A stretch of DNA of 64,000 bases from assembly GCA_013265495.1 (NCBI GenBank), contig MU058824.1:5296691-5360690 (forward strand). Reading direction: 5' to 3'. Positions 54,996-64,000 of this stretch are shown here, piece by piece. The DNA is from Vicugna vicugna (taxonomy: Eukaryota). A program made the position numbers and the translations under genes. The notes beneath the pieces were generated by a model, which was not told where the DNA came from, ran no database searches, and was given only the letters and a program-made list of their open reading frames with translations. Within the stretch, counting starts at the first letter, position 1, and each line of letters starts with the position of its first letter.

Positions 54996-56689
54996 CTTTC
55001 AACTCTCACCTCGTAGGGAAACACTGGTCTGCTCAAGAAGACCCAGTGCAATCAAGACTTTGTAGTCTTCCCAAGATTGGCATCCCTTGTGGAGGATGCT
55101 ACGGCCATTTTCATTACTGTACAGGTGGGCAGAGCGCCACCCAAAATACACTCTATATCTCTCAGCAGAAAGTTGTCTGTCTTCTTTTCACTGTGGTGTG
55201 TTCAGGGAAGGCATAAGGGAGGCATAAATGTCCTTCCAATCTAGGAAAGGAGCTTTAGCCCACACTTAAGCTGGTCAGCATTCCACACAACACACACACA
55301 CACACTCACTCACTCACTGAACTGTGAATTAAGGGACTTGAGCAGAGAAGGAAGGCCCTTGTCTAAGGTGCACTGAAGGTAAAAGTTAGGCTTGAATTCT
55401 GTTATGGTGTCCTTGGGCCCAGGGGAGCAATGTGGACGTGAGGATAGTGCTGTCAAGAAGGAGTGGCCAGGAATCCCACAGGCAAAATTTACTGGTGACT
55501 TCTATATATGCCCACAATTTGGAGGGGAGGTTTTTAGGGGAGTGCCAACCTTGAGAAGGTGCTTTATGTTTATCAACAGCATATGGCTAATATGACAAAT
55601 GTCAAAGCAAATGATGGAATCTTCTCTCTCTGCTCTCTGTTGGCTATTGGTTAGATCTTTCTGGAGAACTCACCTGGGAGGCTGCTGTAGCTTTTTTGCC
55701 TATATCCCACCTCCACTGCCCATCAGCTGCTGCATGGAATGAATGATACCTAGAATGAAGATCAAAGTAGACAGTAGACATGGAGAGGAGCTGGTCCCCC
55801 ACCCCCAAGGGTAGGCAGGGAGAGAAGCAAGGAGGGAGAGCATGTAGATGGGGGTCTGAGTACCAGGGATAGAAGCTGATGTGTCCCTGAAGAGGGCATG
55901 ATAAGAGAAAAGGCTGGTTTGCTACTCAAAAGAGTCTTGAGCCAGGAAGCCAGCACAATACCCAAGTGCTTTCAGGGAATGGAGGTAAATAAACTGAGTT
56001 TCAATCTGTTATCTATACTGTGATGAAGAGTGGTGACTTGAGCCTCCTTTTGTCCAAAGGCAATGCAAATTAATTCAAAATTTCTGAACACTCACCCTCC
56101 ACCCCACAAAACTGTTTCCTAATGTCATGGATTGGTATAACTATAAATCCATGTTTTTGCTCAGCCCAAACATGAAGTTAGGCACTGTGTTCTAATCTTG
56201 ATATATCTCAATTTTGCCCCCTGCTTTTATGTTTACTGCCTCTGCTTGTTAGCTTACTCATCCATTCTTTGCCTGACAATACAATAGTGTCTCATATCCC
56301 AGGGCTTAGGATAGTGGCTGGTGCATAATAATACCTTGATAGCACTAAATCCAAATTCTGGGCTGGGGAGGCAGACAAATCATTACATTAGTATGATGAG
56401 TGCTGTGGAATAGGGAATTCTGTCATGGGATTACTGAAGCACTCAGCTGATGAGGACCCCAGAAAGGTTACAATAAAAATAACTTTGATTATGCCATACA
56501 CCTTAAACTTACACAGTACTGTATGTCAATTATATCTCAAAACTAGAAGAAAAAAAAGTTACAAAAACCCCTTACATTTAATTAAAATATTTGCTTACTT
56601 ACTATAGGAAACACAATAAAGACACGGGATTTGTACAGTGGAGCTCATGATTTCATGGGACTGTCTCACATGCCCAAATTGGTCTACTC

Positions 56690-57800
56690 AACATATATAC
56701 TTGAATGTTCAATATTCACCTCAAACTATAGAACAGTGGACTCCTGATTCCCTGCACCCAACTGTCATCTAATTACACTTACAAAACATTGCTCCAATCA
56801 CATTATTCACATCATTAGTTAATGGCAACTCCATCTTTCCAGTTTAGGACAAAAAATTTGGTGTCATCCTTGACACTTTTTCCCTAACCGTCCACATCCA
56901 ATACATCCTGTTGTCTCTGCCTTCTGAAATGAATTCAGAACATGACCACTTCTCTAGCACTCTGCTGCTATGATTACTGCAGTGGCATCATAACTAATCT
57001 CCCAGCTTCTGCTTGAGGCTATAGTTCCAACAGTCTATTCTCAGCAGAAGCTGGATGGACCTCAGGGAAGGTCCTGGCTGTAGATAATTGGATAGAAAGA
57101 TATATAGGTCAGATGATGGTGATGAAGGAGGAGAAAGAAATAGAAAGAAAAAAGGAAGAAAAAGAAAGAAAATTAGAAAGATATATAGATTAGATGATGA
57201 AGAAGGAGAAGAAAAAGAAATACAGAAAAGAAAAGAAGGAAAACGAAAAAAGGAAGAAGGAAAGAAAGGAAGAAAGAAAATGTAAAACCGTGGGACTGGA
57301 TAAGATCACTAAGGCAGTGATTATAAATGACCAGGCTCTGGGACATCCCAACATTAAGAAATTGGAAGGGAAAGTAGGAACCAAGAAGCAGAGACTGAGA
57401 AGTAGTAGCCAGTGAGACAGGAAAATCAGGAGAGTGTGGCATACTGGAAGCCAAGAGGGAGAAGTATTTCAAGGAGAAAGTGACCAACTGCAAAAAAGTT
57501 GCTGATCAGCCAAGTAAGGTGAGGACTCACAGTTAAATTATATTAACAACACAAAGATCATTCTTGGCCTTGAGAAGAATAGACCCAGGTGAGAGACAGA
57601 GGTAAAGGTATGACTGGAGTGGGTTTGAGAGAGAGAGAGGAGGAGCAATTGGCAATAGCAAGTATAATCAACTGCTTTAGAAAGTTTTGTTCCACAGAGA
57701 TGCAGAATATGAGGAAATAGCATCAAGAGAGTTTTTTAAAGGTAAATATAGCATGTTGGATGTCAATGGAAAAGATCCCTTTAAAAGGGATAAAATTGAT
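56690..57800. mobile_element. L2 fragments in both orientations with a purine-rich low-complexity tract (about 57090-57285)
   Basis: Sense L2-like GGTGTCATCCTTGAC near 56860; antisense L2-like sequence after 57285. Confidence 0.55.
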
Positions 57801-58289
57801 GTTACAGGAGAGAAAGGGAGAACTCTAGAACAATGTCATGGTGCAAAGTAACAAGAGTGAGTCCCTGGGTTGAGGGGTTGGCCTTGGCTAAAAGCACAAA
57901 CACTTCACTGGTGGTGAGAAGAGAGGTGACAATAATGAGGAGGGGCTGTGTGTATCATGAGAAGAATGGTTTCCCTACAATTAAGAGAGCAGGGCAGATA
58001 CCTAAGGGGGTGAATGAGTAACAGGGAAGGACTGTGGCTGGGAGAGGGGCGACAATGAGAGCCAAAGCCAGAGAGAAAGAATTCTGAAAGTTACCATGGG
58101 AAGGTTTTTTATTAGGGCCTAAGAAGTCAGTAGCAGCATGTGAGCCCAGGTGGGCAGAAAAAATATTTGAAGTTGGTGATCACAAGTGTGAAGCAGGTGT
58201 TCTTGGAATATCGGGGGCAGGGATGGTAGAGAAAGCTCTAGATGAATGGAGTATGAAGAGGATGGCGCTTAAGACTGAGAAGAGGGGCG

Positions 58290-58823
58290 GGTATGGCACC
58301 CTGGTGTTCAGCCAGGGATGAGGGAGTTTGAGGGTGGGAGGACAGAGCTAGGAAGCAGAAAGACAGAGAGGCTGCCCTGAGTGGATGGGAGGGACCTCTG
58401 TTCTGGACACCTCATTTCTCCCAGAAGGTGGCACCTCTGCATTCCCACCTTCTGACCTACCACAGAGGAGCTGAGAGCCGCAGTAAGGGCGGGAAGTGCT
58501 GTGGCTTCCTCATGATGTGGTGTGGGGGCCTGTGGGATGCCCCCGCCTCCCTGTTTCCTGAGGAAACCCAGGATGACTCCACTTACTATCAAATGAGGAG
58601 GTGGGGGCAGGAATCTCTTCCTCTGATAGGAACCAGCACTTAGCACAAAGTGTCCACTGCTAGTAGGATGCAGAGAAGCCCAGGTGAGAGGAAGCATGAA
58701 TGTGTCCCTCCTCTGAATGTTGATTCTGTGCCTAAGGGGTGTGGGCCCAGCCCCTGTTGTGGTCTCCAGGGCGAGGAGTCACAAGGCCCAGGTGTGCTGA
58801 GCCACCCCCTCCAGGTGTTTTCC
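58290..58823. repeat. Second copy of the near-identical downstream block (see 25256-25789)
   Basis: Direct sequence comparison. Confidence 0.9.
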
Positions 58824-60189
58824 TAAAGCATCCCCAAAGATCATAGGAAGTCTTGGAGCAGGCACATCTTCCCTGTCTGGTGGGAGCTGGGCCAAGAGCC
58901 ACAGAGCAAGATGAGAAGGAGGTCCAGAATGAAGGGAACTGACTCAGAAGGGTCACAGCAGCGTCAGATGGGAAGCCGAGATTAATGTGTGCACATCCTG
59001 GCTTCAGTGGAGCAGGTCCTTCCCATGGCACCCCACAGGCTACCTGCCCTAGAAAAGCATAAATTCATAGTGCTGACCAAGCTTTGCGATAAAGGGCTGG
59101 AGGCAGAGAGATGATCTGCAACCAAGGCCTTCAGGATTCTCAGTTCTCAGCAAAGTCAAGAGCTGAGAGCAGGCAGGGTCAGAGCCTATGACTCATGCAT
59201 GATATTGTAGTGGGGTGAAGCCTTGCTCATCTCATCCTATAACCCTAGCATGAGCCCCACCTTCCAGCCCCCCCAGGCTAAGAGATAAAATCAGAAAACT
59301 CTCATGGCAGGGCGCAAAATCAAGTAATTACTTCTCCAGAATTGGTGTTAGATGCTAGGAACATTTCAGTGCTTACTTGAGAACTTTGGAGTTCGCCTTT
59401 GCCCTCTGAGAGACCATATTGTCATGGTGAATGGCTTTGACCTTGTAAGCCCTCCTCTTGGTCTCTGTAGAGAGCATTTCAGAATTCTATAGTAAGAATT
59501 CCAGGCAACTGATGACCTGCAGTGGAGAAGAATGGCTTCTCCACAAAATCACTTCTCCCATTAAACACTAAGGTCCTAGCGAATAGGGAGTGTGGCTGCT
59601 TTGTTTTTGTACCTTCTCACTGCAGCCCATGCAGGGAGGGCAGCAAACAGGATGGGCACAGGAATAAACCCCATGGAGATGCTGCTTCCTGTACCATGTG
59701 AGAGAATCACAAGGATAATCTGTCATTTTCATAAGCCAAATCCTCTTACATTTTTATAAATACTTATGACACAGATATGTACAGATTTTTACACAGAATA
59801 TCATGGGCTTGATTTTCATCAGCATTTCTAGTCTTAATTTCTAGGATTGAAATCTATTTGCTCAAAAAGAAACAATTAAAAATAACAGATTATCCTTATG
59901 ATTCTAACTTAAAGTGTATGATTGAATAAATGTTATATTTATATAAGTTAGGGTTTACATCCTCACCACTCTGAGGCTGGATTTTTCTCCTGCATGCAAA
60001 TACGGTAAGAAAATGATTGATTAGTGTAACTCAATTACTCACCAGTAAACAGGTGAATGCTTAATTTCTGGTGCTGTTTCCTTTTGTGCACCAGCTATCT
60101 CATTTTCCCTGGAGGTACTGTGTGCTTTCACACCTGTGTGTGTTTCTTCAGGCTTTTCTGGAAGTAAGCATGTATGGCTGTCACTTCCA

Positions 60190-60535
60190 CCCATTGCTTG
60201 TTTAGTTCCTCTGCCCATTTTTGGATTGGGTTGTTTGTCTTTTTGTTATTAAGTTGTATGAGCTGTTTATCTATTCTGGAGATTAAGCCTTTGTCAGTCA
60301 CATCATTTGCAAATATTTTCTCCCATTCTGTAGTTTGTCGTTTTGTTTTGCTTATGGTTTCCTTTGCTGTGCAAAAGCTTATAAGTTTAATTAGGTCCCA
60401 TTTGTTTATTTTTGCTCTTATTTCTATTGCCTGGGTAAACTGCACTAGGAGAACACTGCTAAGATTTATGTCAGAGGATGTTTTGCCTATGTTTTCTTCT
60501 AGGAGATTTATTGTGTCTTGTCTTATAATTAAGTC
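60190..60535 (-). mobile_element. Relatively young L1 ORF2 internal fragment
   Basis: Peptide LLEENIGKT...KINKWDLIKLISFCTAKETISKTKRQTTEWEKIFAN, open frame. Confidence 0.9.
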
Positions 60536-61229
60536 CCAAAGCCCTGTTTTTAGATATTTACATAAATAACATTTCCAGTACAAAGTCTCTTAGTTCTATG
60601 TTAAAAAAATTATGTATAGTTGAAAAATTCCTTATATATAGAATGATACTTGTAATATACAATTTAAAAGATAATTGTGAAGTATAGACTAATTGGGAAT
60701 CACTCATGTGTTTAGCAACTATCTTAAGAAGTAGCATATCATCTGTTGTATATAAACTCTCTGTGCACATCACTTTCCCTCTGTAATTGAGACCATCATT
60801 GGCCTGACCTTTGTGAGAATAATCATCTTGTTTTTTTTTTTTGAGGATATCATCATTGGATTCAATTTATTTAATAAATAGTCATCCAGTACATCATTCT
60901 GTTTTCATTTATAGTTTTACCACATATGTATACATTCTTAAAAATAGCTTAATTTTGACTCTTTAAAAATTATTATCATTGAAATCATTCTGTTTATATT
61001 ATTTTGTGATTTGCTGCTTTTGTTTAATATTGTTTGTGAGATGCACTGATGTTAATGCATATGATTATGGTACATTGAATTTTAATTAATATATACTGTC
61101 TTATTGCATTGATATACCGCATTTTTTGCATTTATCAGGTCTATTGTTGATGGATATTTATGTTTTCCAATTTTGGCTTATTGCAAATAATGCTTCTATG
61201 AAAACTTGGAAGTTAATGTTATTTGAGGA

Positions 61230-63500
61230 GGAAAAATTTGAGTGTATTCAAGTTTGAAGTGCTTTGGGATATATATATGGAGATGTTGAGTAGGTATAAG
61301 GATATAGGACTCTAGAGCTCAGAGCAGGAGCTGCCTGGAGATGTAAGGTGGAGAAGCTAGGCCATGGCTGACATCCAGAGAGATTACAGTGTGAGGGGAG
61401 AAGAGGGTCTTGCCTTTAGCCTTGAGGAGCTCCAATAGTCAATAATCAGAAGAGAATGAGGAGGAAAGAGATATGAGGAAAACCAGAAGAAGGTCGGATT
61501 ATTTTTTTAATAAATAAAAAGAATAAAACATTTTAAGAAATAGGCAGTGGTTAACAGTGTCCAGTGCTAGCTAAAGTATATAAAATCTGTGTTTGTTGGA
61601 TTTAGCTACTAACACTCAGTGACCTTCATGAGAATTGTTTGGGGGAGTGACAGAGTGTAAAACCACATTGGCATGAAATGATGAATGAATGGGAAATAAG
61701 AAAATGGAGATAGAAAATAGAAAATTTGTCTAGAAGGGCAGGAAAGAAAGATAAAGTGATGACTGGATAAGAACGTGAGGTCAAAGGAACTTTTTGGTTT
61801 TTCATTGATGAGACTCGAACATATTCATATTCTGGTGAGAAGAATCCACTTGAGACAGAATGGCTGTATATATATGAAAAAGTATAGATGACAGCATAAG
61901 GTTCTGGAAAAGGCTGGAGATGATGGGATCCAAAGATTAGAAATTGGCTTTTGAAAGGAAGAGAAATGCTCAACCAATGTAAGAGGAGTGGAGAAAGATG
62001 AAAAAATATGTGGAACGATATGGTAGTGGAGAGTTAAGCATAAGGTAGGAGGCAAGGTCATTGGCTATGAGGAAGAGGAAGCTGAAGCTATAAGGACATG
62101 CCTAGAGAAGAGAGGCATAGGTTTGAAAGCCATTTCAGAGAGTGTAGTGTGTTGGCCAGACAAATGTAACAAGTTGTTGATCATTTGTTTAAAATTAAGT
62201 ATATTGTGTGCCTTGCTCCAGTGCAAGGCCAGAGATCATGGATGGCAATTTATGTGGATTCTGAATACGACAGACAAGTGAGACAGGGCTTTGGGACACT
62301 GGCTAGATTATCAGTGAAATGGTAGATCATGAAATTTAAGCAATGAGAGAATAAAGTGAGTCTTTTGTGTACATATAGATACTTACATGATATTCTATAG
62401 TCAACAGTGATTCCCCAAAAGGTCTTGCTGCTGTCAGGTGTTAGGTACTATCCATCATAACTGTGCTAAACACATTTCATATGTAAATAAACATGGGACA
62501 TCTGGCCCTTGGGGAAAAAAGAGAATAAAATGAAGAAATCAGAAGGCTGATGGTAGGAATGAAAGTAAAGAAGACAGGTATTTGAAGGTCCTGATGAGGT
62601 AGAAGATAGTCTCAGTGGGAGTAGGTAGAAAAGTAGTTATAAGCTGAGAGGAAAAGAAGTTTAGGTCTAAATGAAGGATGCTCTAGTTAGTAGTTTAAGG
62701 GTACGACAAGGTCCAAGGCCATACTAATGGAGTGGGTGGCTGATGGTATGCAGAGAAGGTCACAAGTTATGAGGTCAAGAACCCAAGGTCAAGGTGTTAG
62801 GTGGGTCATGGAGTTGGCTGCTGATGTCACCCAGGATACTAGCAGGACTTAGGGTTAAGAGGAAGACAGTGATTGTATACTAAAGTCTTTCATGAAAGGT
62901 GGTGACTGAGGGCCAAGGGAAATTGATGTCTAACTGCAAGGGTGGTAAATGACAGCTAGGAGGAAAGGGAGAGGCTGTCATGCATGATGTGAGGGAAGTG
63001 GTAATTGTTGGCAAGTGATGATGGGAAGCACAGAGGACAAAAACTCCCTGTCCTGACTTTGAGCTACATGACAGTGAGAAAATGAACAGTCTCCACTTGT
63101 GGGAGATGTGGGAAAGTATTTGTAGCGGGGTCTCCTTTAAGGGAAGGTAGAGGGATTAAGCAAAGAAACAAGTAAATTCGTAGAGAATTTGGTGTATGGA
63201 ACAGTATATCCATAGAGCTCAGCTCAAGAGTTTAGATGGAGTAGGGCATGGGTGGGCTGTGCCAATGGCCCGAAAGTACCAAGCAGAAGGGGTAAAGGTG
63301 GAGGAGAGAGAATGGATGGCCAGAAATGTATTCTTTGGGTATTCCTGGTGAAAATGCAAGGTGAGTATTCAGTTAATCTCTTTGAAAAGAGGAGGGAATG
63401 GGCAATGGACTTCTAAGAGAAGTCACGTATAGATGTCTAGGTATAGATGTGACTTTCCTTAGAAGATGTTGGTCTGGAGAGCTGCTATTTCTGCAATCGT
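61230..63500 (-). mobile_element. Degenerate L2 LINE, antisense
   Basis: Purine-rich sequence with L2-like antisense motifs (GGAGATGTTGAGTAGG, GTTGGATTTAGC...GTGACCTT, GATGTCACCCAGGAT). Confidence 0.55.
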
Positions 63501-64000
63501 TTGGCCTTGAGGGCTCTTCTATGCTGCAGCCCTGCAGACAGGGCTTTCAACCTTATAACCAAGATTCCTGGTTATGATTGGTTTCAGATTTTATATCCTA
63601 CTATCATACTTGCATGTCCTATGTTGGCTGGGATCTGTAGAAATGCAGTCATGCACTTCCATAGTGTTTACAGCTTTTAGAACAATTTTCAAGATACTGT
63701 CAGTCAAGCACATGATGCCATAAAATGCCATACATTTTACTTTTATAAAAACAGTTTTTCTCATGGTTTCTTCACAATTTAGACTGAGAAAAGAGAGTTT
63801 TATTGGGGGTTAATAATTTCTGTTAGACTAATTGGTTTACCAAGTGGAAATAAAAAACTCATTGAGAGGAGTTAAGATTTGAAAAATAAGCTTGGGGAGT
63901 GAGAGGCAAAGTGTAACCCTTGTCAGTTTCAGTGACCCTGAGTGGGGGAGGTTGAAGGATCATGCTGTTCTCTAGCCTTGATGGTGGCTTCCCTCCATTC

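Noticed and set aside
57088..57415. Lys/Glu/Arg-rich ORFs
   Set aside because: Translation of a purine-rich low-complexity tract with an ~81 bp internal duplication.

Overview
Mammalian, repeat-rich genomic DNA, probably camelid (inferred from a tRNA-derived SINE with a GGAGGTAATTAGGTTTATTT tail). It holds two tandem + strand paralogues of the testis SPATA31/FAM205 family. The first is a short 5-exon SPATA31F3/FAM205C-like gene (CDS 16551-23722, 400 aa). The second is a long 4-exon SPATA31F1/FAM205A-like gene (CDS 48930-54995, 1327 aa). All exon boundaries were read from GT/AG sites and are phase-consistent. The rest is mostly L1, L2, MIR, MLT and MER relics plus three assembly gaps. Main signals: (i) the last intron of the short gene is made of decayed former coding sequence, and the long gene still carries an in-frame latent donor/acceptor pair (possible exitron-to-intron transition); (ii) introns 2-3 and a downstream non-coding block are near-identical between otherwise diverged paralogues (gene conversion or assembly artefact); (iii) a 3.2 kb composite L1 insert with a perfect 20 bp flanking duplication has its empty site in the paralogue; (iv) a small poly(A)-tailed retroposed fragment sits inside an LTR. 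I see no evidence of a wholly new biological system. Repeat subfamily names and boundaries were recognised by eye and are approximate.
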